DNA from: Promethearchaeota archaeon
Lineage (GTDB): Archaea; Asgardarchaeota; Lokiarchaeia; Sigyniarchaeales; SOKP01
Assembly: GCA_016840085.1 (NCBI GenBank)
Contig: JAEOTA010000004.1
Span: 251,957-315,956, forward strand
Length of the DNA: 64,000 bases
Direction: 5' to 3'
The notes under the pieces are model-generated. The model made no database searches. It saw only the letters and a program-made list of their open reading frames with translations, and was not told the origin of the DNA. Below, piece by piece: positions 19,364-28,965 of this stretch. The translations under genes and the position numbers were made by a program. Positions within the stretch are counted from its first letter, which is position 1. Every line of letters starts with the position of its first letter.

Positions 19364-20191
19364 ATTAGCGAAAAAGATGTTGTTTTAATAGAAGAAAATG
19401 AAGAACAAACAATTACCACAATTAAATTGAATCGTTTAGAAAAAAAAAACGCTATAAATTGGGAAGTATTGTATGGTTTAGAAAAAGCGATTGAGGAAGT
19501 AGAACAATCAAAAACTAGGGTTATTATTTTAACCGGTGCATCTGATTTTTTTAGTTCTGGGATTGACTTAAATATATTAGCTGGTCAAGATCCTACTTCA
19601 AAAGAAAGGGGTCCAGACTTATCATCACCGCCCCATTTTAGGTATTACTTAAATACTAAACTTCACCCCGTTTTAATAAAGATTGCGAAAATTGAAAAAC
19701 CATTTATAGCTAGAATCGAGGGATTTTGTTTTGGTTTAGGTTTTGAACTAGCGCTTGCTTGTGACTTTCGATTTGCTTTAGAAAATGCTAAATTTAGCAT
19801 GCCTGAGGTAAAGGTAGGAATCATTCCTGACTGTTCTGGTACCACTCGACTCGCTCGAATCTGCGGAATCGCAAATGCAAAAGATATTGCACTAACAGGA
19901 AGGATTTTTGATGGCTTTGAAGCATATAGAATGGGGGTGGTAAATGGTATAGCAAAAAATAGAGAAGATTTGGATTTACTAGTTAAAAAATATACAGATG
20001 AATTAATAGATAGTGCTCCATTAGCAGTTGGTTTAGGTAAAAAATTAATAGATGACGTCTATGGACAAAATTTTGAATTTGGATTAGAAATGGAAGGACT
20101 TGTAAATTCTCAATTATTACAATCAAAAGATTTTATGACAGGAGCTATGGCTAGATTACAAAAGCAAAAACCAAAATGGAAAGGCAAATAA
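19364..20191 (+). CDS. Enoyl-CoA hydratase/isomerase family protein, probable ATT (or ATA) start
   Basis: FSSGIDL, GLGFELALACD, PEVKVGIIP motifs; frame extends 21 codons above TTG 19427 to an ATT after GGAGTGA. Confidence 0.85.
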   Translation: MSEKDVVLIEENEEQTITTIKLNRLEKKNAINWEVLYGLEKAIEEVEQSKTRVIILTGASDFFSSGIDLNILAGQDPTSKERGPDLSSPPHFRYYLNTKLHPVLIKIAKIEKPFIARIEGFCFGLGFELALACDFRFALENAKFSMPEVKVGIIPDCSGTTRLARICGIANAKDIALTGRIFDGFEAYRMGVVNGIAKNREDLDLLVKKYTDELIDSAPLAVGLGKKLIDDVYGQNFEFGLEMEGLVNSQLLQSKDFMTGAMARLQKQKPKWKGK

Positions 20192-20238
20192 AAATTATCT
20201 AGATCGTATTTTCAAAATTTAATAGGAGACCCTGATTT

Positions 20239-21120
20239 TTGGTAGTTAAAATAGATTATCATTCTAACAGTGAAATCATAGAATGGCAGTGGGCATCAGA
20301 TAACAAATTAATGCTTTATCCATATTGGACTTCTTGTTATTTAGTTGATGGTCTTCTAATTGATTCTGGGGCTCCTGGCGGAGAAAAAGATTTAAGAGAA
20401 TTCGTACGATCACTTCCTCCAAATAAAATGATTGATACGTGTTTTATTACCCATACACATGAAGATCATGCGGGAGGTGCTCATTTATTGAATACAGAAT
20501 TTGGAATTCCTATATATGCTGGTGAGAAAGCTATAGAAATTTTAAAAAGAGGAAGAACATATCCTGATTATCGTCAAATGGCATGGGGGACTAAGCTATT
20601 ACCTGTTAATGCAAAAATAACTAAGGGACCGCTAATTACAAAATCCAAAAAATATACCTTTGATTTATTTCCAATGGCCGGTCACGCTCCAGAGTTAATT
20701 ACTTTAATTGAAAAACAACAACAATGGGCTTTTGTAGCAGATGCAGTACAGCCAAAATATAAAATGATATTCGGTGGAAAGAGTGATATACCAGAGGATA
20801 TCTCATTAATTTATCAATCGCTCCAATCTCTTTACAACTTCACAGAGGGGATGGATCAACTTTTAATTTTTTCAGCTGGAAATGGTGTTCTACATGGAAG
20901 AGATTTCTTAATTAAAAAGATGAATGAAATTCAAGAATTACATAGTAAGGTCCATGAAAAATACAAAGAACTTCGTCGTAGTGGATACTCTGAAAAGCAA
21001 ATTGTTAGAAAAATACTAAAAAGAGTGTTTAGAAAGGAAAGCTTTATAGGACAAATGACCAGAGGAGCTTTATCAAAAACAAATTTAATAATTTCTCTTA
21101 TTAATTGGCAAATTGATTAG
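20239..21120 (+). CDS. Metallo-beta-lactamase fold hydrolase
   Basis: LIDSG, THTHEDHAGG, GHA, AD motifs. Confidence 0.85.
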   Translation: MVVKIDYHSNSEIIEWQWASDNKLMLYPYWTSCYLVDGLLIDSGAPGGEKDLREFVRSLPPNKMIDTCFITHTHEDHAGGAHLLNTEFGIPIYAGEKAIEILKRGRTYPDYRQMAWGTKLLPVNAKITKGPLITKSKKYTFDLFPMAGHAPELITLIEKQQQWAFVADAVQPKYKMIFGGKSDIPEDISLIYQSLQSLYNFTEGMDQLLIFSAGNGVLHGRDFLIKKMNEIQELHSKVHEKYKELRRSGYSEKQIVRKILKRVFRKESFIGQMTRGALSKTNLIISLINWQID

Positions 21121-21270
21121 AGTTTAATTCTGTTTATACTTTTAGGTCTTCGTTTAATTATTTGAAGACTAATAATTGAATCATAAAACTATATTTAAGA
21201 TAGTATTTATATTGAAATATATTGTAATATATAGAGAACCGAATAAATTAGGTATAAATTATTATTATAG

Positions 21271-21942
21271 TTGATTAAAATGGAAGAGCTTAGTGAAAAA
21301 GAAATTAGTAAGCTAAGTATAGATGAGTTAACTCATCTTTTCATGGATGTAATAAATGAACAAAATTTAAAGTTAATACAAGGAATTGAATTTCTTGTAG
21401 AGGAAAATTTTGAAAATTTTGAGAAAAATTTGCATTATGTGATAGATACTAATACAGAAGTCAAGATTAAGAAGAGATTTGAATCTAAAATATTCAAGTC
21501 AAAATTAATGTTTTCAAAAGCAGATAGATTAAAATTATTTAATAAAATAAATGATATTAAAAATATTGGGGAATTTTTAGCCAATAAAATGCTTCTTTAT
21601 AGAGTTGTATTCCCCGATGAAGAATTTAAACTACAAATTTTAAATATTCTTCAATCTTTAAAGATAATCTCCAATGATTTAGCTGATGCCGTCAAATTAA
21701 TAGGTTCTGATTTAAGTAAAGCTCATGACATTTGTGAAAAAATCAAAGATGAAAGAAGAAAAATGAGAAAAGAAGAATGGCAGCTATTAAACCGATTATA
21801 TAACTACGATATGGATTATTTATCCCGAACTTTCATCTATCTTAAAGAATTAATAGAAGATGTAATGATGTTAGCCGATCATATCAAAAACTTTTCAGAA
21901 AACATCCAATTCTTAGCAACTAAATATTTAATTTTCGATTAA
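21271..21942 (+). CDS. DUF47/PhoU-like phosphate transport regulator (divergent)
   Basis: Two helical-bundle repeats; directly upstream of PiT; resembles the DUF47 paralogs. Confidence 0.65.
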   Translation: MIKMEELSEKEISKLSIDELTHLFMDVINEQNLKLIQGIEFLVEENFENFEKNLHYVIDTNTEVKIKKRFESKIFKSKLMFSKADRLKLFNKINDIKNIGEFLANKMLLYRVVFPDEEFKLQILNILQSLKIISNDLADAVKLIGSDLSKAHDICEKIKDERRKMRKEEWQLLNRLYNYDMDYLSRTFIYLKELIEDVMMLADHIKNFSENIQFLATKYLIFD

Positions 21943-21964
21943 AAATAAATTATTTTGATTTGAT

Positions 21965-23002
21965 ATGGCTACTGATATCAATTTAGCTCTAATTTTAGTT
22001 TTAATAGTTATGGCTGTTGGTCTAGCCTTTTCAATAGGGGCTAATGATGAGACTCTTTCAGCATTAATAGGTGCTGGTGTATTAAAATTTAAAATAGCTT
22101 TGATATTAGGAGGAGTAGCTATAGGCGCAGGCATGATTCTTTTTAGCCAAGGTTTCGTACCAGAAACTGTTGGTAAAAGTCTTTTAGGTGAAGGTCTAGA
22201 AGAAAAATATACTAATTATATGCTTTTAACTGTCTTGGTTAGTAGTATATTATGGTTAGTTATTGGTAGTTTTGCTGGGATTCCCCTAAGTAGCACTCAT
22301 TCTTTAATTGGAAGTATTGTTGGAGTAATTGTCGTTTATTCTCTTTTTCAAGGAGGAATTGATCTCAATACCGCATTTAATTATGATAAATTAAGAGATG
22401 TTATTTTAAGTTGGTTCATTTCTCCATTATTAGGATTATTAATAACCTATATATTCTTTAAAATTAGCGCTAAATTATTTTTTTCTCGTTTAAGAGGTCT
22501 TAATCAGATTGAAAAATCTGAAAAATCTTTTAAATGGTTATTACTGTTCGCTGTTTTATTTGCTGAGATTTGGGTTGGGGCTAATTCAGGGGAGGCTTTA
22601 GGAATTCTTTTGAGTCTAAGAGAAAATAATTCTATAAGCAATGGTGAATATATCAGCTTTGTTATTTTATGCGGGATTTTCGCTTTTCTTGGTATTTATT
22701 TTGCTGCAAGATATGTTATCAGAAATTTGGCTTCTCATATGATAGCTACACGCCCTAGTGAGGGATTCATTATTCAAATGAGTTCAGCGTTTATTTTAAT
22801 GATTGCTACTTTATTTGGACTTCCAATTTCACATAGCCATGTGATTGTATTTTGTATTATTGGGTTAAATCTTGCTCAAAAAAAAGAAATAGATTCTAAA
22901 GGGCTAGCTAAGATGGGAGCCTTCTGGGTTCTTACATTTCCAGTTGCTGCCATTTTTGCGGGTTTTTTATATTATGGGCTAAGTATTTTTGGATTTTCGT
23001 GA
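21965..23002 (+). CDS. pit: Inorganic phosphate transporter, PiT family
   Basis: GAND, GIPLSSTH, GANS, GLPISHSH signature motifs. Confidence 0.9.
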   Translation: MATDINLALILVLIVMAVGLAFSIGANDETLSALIGAGVLKFKIALILGGVAIGAGMILFSQGFVPETVGKSLLGEGLEEKYTNYMLLTVLVSSILWLVIGSFAGIPLSSTHSLIGSIVGVIVVYSLFQGGIDLNTAFNYDKLRDVILSWFISPLLGLLITYIFFKISAKLFFSRLRGLNQIEKSEKSFKWLLLFAVLFAEIWVGANSGEALGILLSLRENNSISNGEYISFVILCGIFAFLGIYFAARYVIRNLASHMIATRPSEGFIIQMSSAFILMIATLFGLPISHSHVIVFCIIGLNLAQKKEIDSKGLAKMGAFWVLTFPVAAIFAGFLYYGLSIFGFS

Positions 23003-23076
23003 CATATTATAAAAAATATATATATTATATATAACTATATAGAACTTATAAATAGAGGAAAAAATAGGTGTTATAG

Positions 23077-23751
23077 ATGGGATCTTTAATTGAGTATTTA
23101 AAAAGAGAGACAGCTGTTAATGTGTTAGAAAAATCTATTAAACATGCACAAATAGTTCAAGAATGTGTAAAGATGCTAGATGAGGGTTTGCAGATTTTAT
23201 TAAAAGAGAAGGATCTTGAGAAATCTCATGATATTTTTCATAAAGTTGATATTTTAGAAAGAGATGCAGATAAACTAAGAAGAAAAATCCAAAGAGATGT
23301 TACAAGAGGCGAGTTAGATCCTACTGTCCGACAAAACTTATCCCATTTAATTAAAAGAATGGATGATGTTGCAAATTGCAGTACAGGAGTTGCTCGTAGA
23401 ATTAATACGATCCCCTTAAAATTTTGGGAACAGAGTAGCATTGAAACCATTGAGATAATCTTAGAAATGATGAAAAATACAGTTGAATGTGTTCAATTTT
23501 TAGATAAAATAGTAATTGATTTACTTGAAGAAAGAAAACATTTAAAGGATTACGCAAAGAAAATTAATCAACTTGAGCATGAAGTAGATTTACTTAATAT
23601 TAAATTAAGAAAAAACCTTCAAGACACTGATTACGATGTTAACTATTTTACTGTATTCACAGCAGGTAATGTTTTCGATATCATTGAAGCTATATCCGAT
23701 GCAATTGAAGCTGTTGCAGATTATATCATGGTATTATTAATTGGCACTTAA
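23077..23751 (+). CDS. DUF47 family phosphate transport regulator
   Basis: LERDAD.LRR, MDDVAN, LEHEVD, ISDAIEAVAD motifs. Confidence 0.85.
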   Translation: MGSLIEYLKRETAVNVLEKSIKHAQIVQECVKMLDEGLQILLKEKDLEKSHDIFHKVDILERDADKLRRKIQRDVTRGELDPTVRQNLSHLIKRMDDVANCSTGVARRINTIPLKFWEQSSIETIEIILEMMKNTVECVQFLDKIVIDLLEERKHLKDYAKKINQLEHEVDLLNIKLRKNLQDTDYDVNYFTVFTAGNVFDIIEAISDAIEAVADYIMVLLIGT

Positions 23752-23838
23752 AAATATAAACTGTTATTTAAAGATCTGCTTAATTGTTAATTAATTCTCT
23801 TCTTAAGAATTAATTTTTATTGAATCCTATAATAACAA

Positions 23839-24843
23839 TTAAACTAAATTGTTTATTATTATCTCAGAGATGTCTCCTGCATACTCGCCTGTGCGGCGTA
23901 TTGATTCTAAGATGTAGCCAATAGCAATCGATAACTCTGTGCTATTTGATGTATTTAAATTAATTTTTTCAGTAATGGATATTAATTTCTTTATAGCTTC
24001 TATATTGTCATTTGCAATTATTATACTTTTTTGGAGCCATGCATCAAGGCTTTTACCTAATAACTCTAATGATAATTTACTTGCCTTTAAAATATCATTA
24101 ATTAACTCTTTATCGATCTTTTTAAAATTTATTAATAATACGTTCTTAGCGATTTTAACAGCATGATCACCTATTCTCTCTAAGAAACGACTTATTTGGT
24201 GGAAATGACTTGCATCTTCTAATGTTATCCCCATTTTTTGACACAGAACAATATCTCTAAGAACAATATGCGACTGACGGCCAATAAGCCAATGCAATCT
24301 ATCTACATCATTATCTCGCTTAATTACTTCATCTGCTAAATTCTTGTCTCCTGTTTCAAGAGCTTTAATTGCATCTTCATGCATGCCTTGGACCAAAATA
24401 TACATTCTTCTTATAGTTTTCTCAAAAGGCATTTCCTTTGGATTAAGCAAATCTTTTATAATTATAATGTTATTAGATTCCTCTACTATTTCAGGTCCTA
24501 TTGCGATTTTGGTAAAATTTACAACACTATCTCTTAAAAATGGTTCAAACTTTTTACTAGACTTAACTGTAATAACACTATATCCCATAATATATGCTCC
24601 TATTAAAAGGCGAAAAAAATAATGTGATTCAGTTATATCATCTACGTCAAAAACCTTGCTTTTTATATAATCTTCAGAATTAATTTTTGGTGTAATGAGT
24701 AAATTCCCATCAGGTTGACTGAGAATTCCAATTGTATCTTTTGGTTCTATTTTATGTTTTTGAATCCATGCTTTTGGTAAACTAATTATAAAAGACGATC
24801 CACCCGTTTGTTGAACTTTTCTTGTTTCTATATTAAACGTCAT
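23839..24843 (-). CDS. phoU: Archaeal phosphate uptake regulator (AbrB-like DNA-binding domain plus PhoU repeats)
   Basis: ETRKVQQTGGSSFIISLPKAW N-terminus; DNDVDRL, LERIGDH, IRRTGEY. Confidence 0.9.
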   Translation of the reverse strand: MTFNIETRKVQQTGGSSFIISLPKAWIQKHKIEPKDTIGILSQPDGNLLITPKINSEDYIKSKVFDVDDITESHYFFRLLIGAYIMGYSVITVKSSKKFEPFLRDSVVNFTKIAIGPEIVEESNNIIIIKDLLNPKEMPFEKTIRRMYILVQGMHEDAIKALETGDKNLADEVIKRDNDVDRLHWLIGRQSHIVLRDIVLCQKMGITLEDASHFHQISRFLERIGDHAVKIAKNVLLINFKKIDKELINDILKASKLSLELLGKSLDAWLQKSIIIANDNIEAIKKLISITEKINLNTSNSTELSIAIGYILESIRRTGEYAGDISEIIINNLV

Positions 24844-24915
24844 TCTAATTCACAATCTCATTGTTTTATGTATATCTATATATAAAAAATATTTTTATAT
24901 TTTTATATAGGTTTT

Positions 24916-24933
24916 CTATATATTCTATATAGA
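24916..24933. promoter_or_regulatory. Putative phosphate-responsive operator CTATATATTCTATATAGA (copy 1, upstream of phoU)
   Basis: Identical 18-mer also at 32030-32047; extra CTATATAGA at 24990-24998. Confidence 0.5.
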
Positions 24934-25194
24934 TATTTCTTATATTTGTAAAAATGTATACAAAAAAGTAAAGTAACTTAATAACCTGACTATATAGATG
25001 TTAAAAGGTTGCTATAAATCAAAAAATCTAAAGTTATTTTAATCCTTTAATTTCTAAACTGTATTGAAAGATTAACTCCAATTATTAAAAATTTCTTTAT
25101 TTTGATTTATCATTTATAGAAATGAATGATTTTATGTCTAATTTCTATAGTTTATAGAGATATAGTTTATATTTTAACAATTTAATCCAATATT

Positions 25195-25803
25195 ATGGAT
25201 TTGTATGAAAATTTGCCAGATAAAGAGATTAAGCCTGTAGGAGAACTTTCAAAGAAGTTTTTAGAGTTAGGAATTAAAACCTTTAGAGAAGCATGTGATT
25301 ATGTACACAATATTGAATATGGTTATAATACAAATTATGACGATAAAATGGTTTTTTTTAAAGAAAAAAAGGGTACTTGTACATCTAAACATGCTGTTAT
25401 AGCGGGTCTTGCTGAAGAACTTAACATACCACTTTACAAGCATGTAGGTGTTTATAAATTTACAGAAGAAATCTCAACTGGTACAAATGAAATTCTGAAA
25501 AAATATAATTTACCTTTTGTACCAATGGTGCATTGCTTTTTAGTGTATAAAAATTTCTATTTTGATCTCACAGAAGGAAATTGTGACGGAAAAAATACAA
25601 CAATCGATGAATTTATCTATGAAGAAAAAGTAGATCCTTTTATTAGCAGGAAAGATGAATATTTACTATTTAAAAAAGTGTTAAAAGAATATATCTTACC
25701 ATCGAAAGAAATGGAAGGCATTATCGAAAGAACAGTATTAAAAGCAAGAGAACAATCTATTATTCTTTTAAAAGAAAATATAAAAAAACAGAAGAATTTA
25801 TGA
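25195..25803 (+). CDS. Hypothetical protein, transglutaminase-like fold suspected
   Basis: GTCTSKH...HCFL...FDLT gives a possible Cys-His-Asp triad. Confidence 0.6.
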   Translation: MDLYENLPDKEIKPVGELSKKFLELGIKTFREACDYVHNIEYGYNTNYDDKMVFFKEKKGTCTSKHAVIAGLAEELNIPLYKHVGVYKFTEEISTGTNEILKKYNLPFVPMVHCFLVYKNFYFDLTEGNCDGKNTTIDEFIYEEKVDPFISRKDEYLLFKKVLKEYILPSKEMEGIIERTVLKAREQSIILLKENIKKQKNL

Positions 25804-25842
25804 AACTATTAACTTATTTTATTCTTCTATTCTAATTCTTAC

Positions 25843-26526
25843 TTAAGGTCTCTTTGCTAATGTTAACATAATAATATAATCAGCAACTTCTTCAGCGTTA
25901 TCACTAATAACTTCTATTAGCGAAATGCTATTATATATTTCAATAGCTAAGAAAGGATTAACATTAGGATTATTTGAAATTAACATCCGGTTTATCGCAA
26001 AATGTATCTCATCACATTGATGCTCCAAAATATTAACCTCTTCTCCCAAATCTCGGATTTCTGACTCTTCAGCGGATAATAAGTTATTAACCATTTTATT
26101 CAGTTTTTTAACTGCTTCAACTGATATTCGTGTCATTTCTAAAATCCTGTTATGGATTTCTTCATCTAGCTTTAGAAATTCTGTATGGTTTATATATATG
26201 AGGATCCTCGCACTTGCATTAGCAGCATTTGCTACATCATCAATTTTTTGCGTAAGATGTATTAAATTCTCACGAATTGTATCGGAAAGTTCTGCTTTTG
26301 AAAGCATATTAAGAATATCCCGTCTCATACCATCAGCTTGATGTTCTAATTCATTAACTCTAAAAAAAACTTTTAATGCAAGATCAATATTTCTCTCCTC
26401 AAGGAGGAATGATATTCCCTTTTCAAATTCGACAACACATTCCAAAATTTTTTGCATATAAACCAATGTTTTGCTTATTGCGCTTTCTTCATTACGGGAT
26501 TGAAAATATTTAAATAATGAACTCAT
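25843..26526 (-). CDS. DUF47 family phosphate transport regulator
   Basis: LEHQADGMRR, IDDVAN, LEHQCD, ISDNAEEVAD; clear paralog of 23077..23751; last gene of the ABC operon. Confidence 0.85.
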   Translation of the reverse strand: MSSLFKYFQSRNEESAISKTLVYMQKILECVVEFEKGISFLLEERNIDLALKVFFRVNELEHQADGMRRDILNMLSKAELSDTIRENLIHLTQKIDDVANAANASARILIYINHTEFLKLDEEIHNRILEMTRISVEAVKKLNKMVNNLLSAEESEIRDLGEEVNILEHQCDEIHFAINRMLISNNPNVNPFLAIEIYNSISLIEVISDNAEEVADYIIMLTLAKRP

Positions 26527-26571
26527 AATAAATCCTCCATCTACTTTTATCTATAATATTATCTATTATTT

Positions 26572-27795
26572 TTATTCTAATTTTAATACTTCTTTTATTA
26601 CTTCATCACCAAGATGCTTGAATACTATCCCCAATTCTTTGGGAAAATATATAGTAACCTCTGAATTCTCTAAAAATGAATTATAAATTTCGTACGTAGC
26701 TGGTCTGGTGACTACAATTATTTTTTCTTTCTTATTTACTTTAATTAATATCTCAAATCGATAGAATACTCCCATAAATTTACGTCGAACTATCTTTCCT
26801 AATAGAGCATTTTTTTTTTCATTTATACGATTACCAAGTCGTATTTTCATTTGATTTGCTCGAACAACTAATAATACTTTATCATTTTGCTGAATTTCAT
26901 TATATAAAGATTCTCTTAAATATCCCGCAAAAATCTCTTTAACACCAATATTTATTGGCATTGGAACCATATCTTCTTGAATTTGAGCGAAAAATTTATC
27001 TCCCTGCTTCGATTTCGAATATATATCCCATAAAGGTTTTTCATTTTTCATACAAATTCCATCAAAATAGTTAATTTCACTCATAAAATTTGCTACAAAA
27101 AGATTTTTAGGTTGATAATATATTTCATAAGGAGTTCCAACTTGGGCGAGTGTTCCCTGATTAATTACCGCTATTCTATCAGCAACCATCATAGCTTCTT
27201 GTTCGTCATTAGTAACATGTACCACTGTTAATTCCAATTCTTTAGATTTTGCCATTAGTTGTAGCTCTTTCCTTAAATTCATTCTAAGTCCCGCATCTAG
27301 GGCTTTTAGAGGTTCATCTAATATTAATAATCTAGTTTGTTCTAGATTTAAAAGAGATCGGCATAAGGCAACTCTTTGTTTCATACCCCCACTCAATTCT
27401 TCTGGTAAAGCATCATTTCTTCCTGTAAGTAAAGTCATCATCAATACTTGATCTACTAATGTTTGAGTTAGTGTAGAATCTCGTGCATGAACCCTTCCAC
27501 TATAAGATATATTCTCAACAATATTCATATGAGGAAATAGAGCATAATTTTCAAACATGAAACCTATATCACGTTCTCCAGCAGTTTTTTTAGTTACATC
27601 TTTACTATCAAACAATATCTTTCCAGAGTCAGGTTTAAGGAGTCCAGCAATAATTTTAAGCAATGTAGTCTTACCTGCTCCTGTAGGACCAAGAATTATA
27701 AAATACTCTTCATCTTTAATCTCAAGAGAAATACTATCAAGAGCTCTAACATTTCTAAAAGATTTCGAAATTTTTTTCAATTCGAGATGTACCAT
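26572..27795 (-). CDS. ABC transporter ATP-binding protein (PotA/CysA/MalK-like) with H-loop His replaced by Asn
   Basis: GPTGAGKT, LSGGMKQR, ILDEP, VTND. Confidence 0.9.
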   Translation of the reverse strand: MVHLELKKISKSFRNVRALDSISLEIKDEEYFIILGPTGAGKTTLLKIIAGLLKPDSGKILFDSKDVTKKTAGERDIGFMFENYALFPHMNIVENISYSGRVHARDSTLTQTLVDQVLMMTLLTGRNDALPEELSGGMKQRVALCRSLLNLEQTRLLILDEPLKALDAGLRMNLRKELQLMAKSKELELTVVHVTNDEQEAMMVADRIAVINQGTLAQVGTPYEIYYQPKNLFVANFMSEINYFDGICMKNEKPLWDIYSKSKQGDKFFAQIQEDMVPMPINIGVKEIFAGYLRESLYNEIQQNDKVLLVVRANQMKIRLGNRINEKKNALLGKIVRRKFMGVFYRFEILIKVNKKEKIIVVTRPATYEIYNSFLENSEVTIYFPKELGIVFKHLGDEVIKEVLKLE

Positions 27796-27817
27796 AATAT
27801 TTTCACCTTATTTGATT

Positions 27818-28963
27818 CTATGATAAAGATAATTCATATAGAAGGTTATCTGGAGCTCTAAATACATGAATGTCATCTTGGTGAATTCCGACTATTAAAT
27901 TTTCTCCTGGAATAAAATTTTCTTCAAAATTTCCTGGCTTAATTGACATAAATTTATCCCCATTATCTAATGTTAAATAAAATCTCTTCGTAGCACCTAT
28001 GAATCTTGATGCTTCCAGAATTGCTTCAAAAAATTGCATGTTTGACCAATCATATTGACTACTTTCAAAATCATAATCTTGAGGAAATAAATATACATCT
28101 TCATAACGAAAAGAAATTACTGTATTATCATCTAAATTAAATTTCTCACTAAAATTATGAGTAATCAATTGAGGGCCCCCTAAACGAATCCAAATTTCCA
28201 TTCTTTCATTATCTAATAATTTTAGGACAAATCCTTGAAGAAAATTGGTCTCTCCCAAAAAATTTGATACAAAAATGCTTTCTGGATTTTCATATAATTC
28301 ATAAGGAGCTCCTATTTGGAGAATTCGTCCCGCTCTCATAATGATGATTTTATCAGCAATAGCCATTGCTTCTTCTTGATTGTGGGTTACATGTATTGCA
28401 GTAAGACCTAAATCTTTAATTAAATTTCGAAGCTCATGACGAAATACTTTTGATACTTTTGGATCTAAGGAACCTAAAGGCTCATCCATAATTAGGATTT
28501 TTGCGCCTGTAGCCATAGCTCTTGCAATTCCTAATTTTTGTAAGCCAGGATTACCAAAAATCGAGGGGTATTCATCAGCATATTGTAATAAATCAACTGT
28601 TTCCAAAGCTTTTTCAGCTTTATCAATAACATATTCATCACTATATCCACGCATTTCTAAACCAAAAGTTACATTTTCCCATACAGTTAAATGATTGAAT
28701 ATTTCAAAATGTTGAAAAATAAATCCCATATCTCTATCTTCAGGAGGAATTTCTCCAACATCTTTTCCCTCTATTAAAACTTCCCCTTTGGTAGGTTTTT
28801 CCAAACCTGCTATCATTCTGAGTGTTGTTGTCTTTCCACATCCGGTAGGACCAATCAAAAAGACATAATCACCATCGTCAATTTTTAAGGAAATATCATC
28901 AACCGCAAGAACTCTCCCTTCATTGAATGTTTTTGTTACATTAATCAATTCTATAGTCGGCAT
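27818..28963 (-). CDS. ABC transporter ATP-binding protein with degenerate signature motif
   Basis: GPTGCGKT, IMDEP, VTHN; FGNPGLQK where LSGGxxQR is expected. Confidence 0.9.
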   Translation of the reverse strand: MPTIELINVTKTFNEGRVLAVDDISLKIDDGDYVFLIGPTGCGKTTTLRMIAGLEKPTKGEVLIEGKDVGEIPPEDRDMGFIFQHFEIFNHLTVWENVTFGLEMRGYSDEYVIDKAEKALETVDLLQYADEYPSIFGNPGLQKLGIARAMATGAKILIMDEPLGSLDPKVSKVFRHELRNLIKDLGLTAIHVTHNQEEAMAIADKIIIMRAGRILQIGAPYELYENPESIFVSNFLGETNFLQGFVLKLLDNERMEIWIRLGGPQLITHNFSEKFNLDDNTVISFRYEDVYLFPQDYDFESSQYDWSNMQFFEAILEASRFIGATKRFYLTLDNGDKFMSIKPGNFEENFIPGENLIVGIHQDDIHVFRAPDNLLYELSLS

Positions 28964-28965
28964 AT

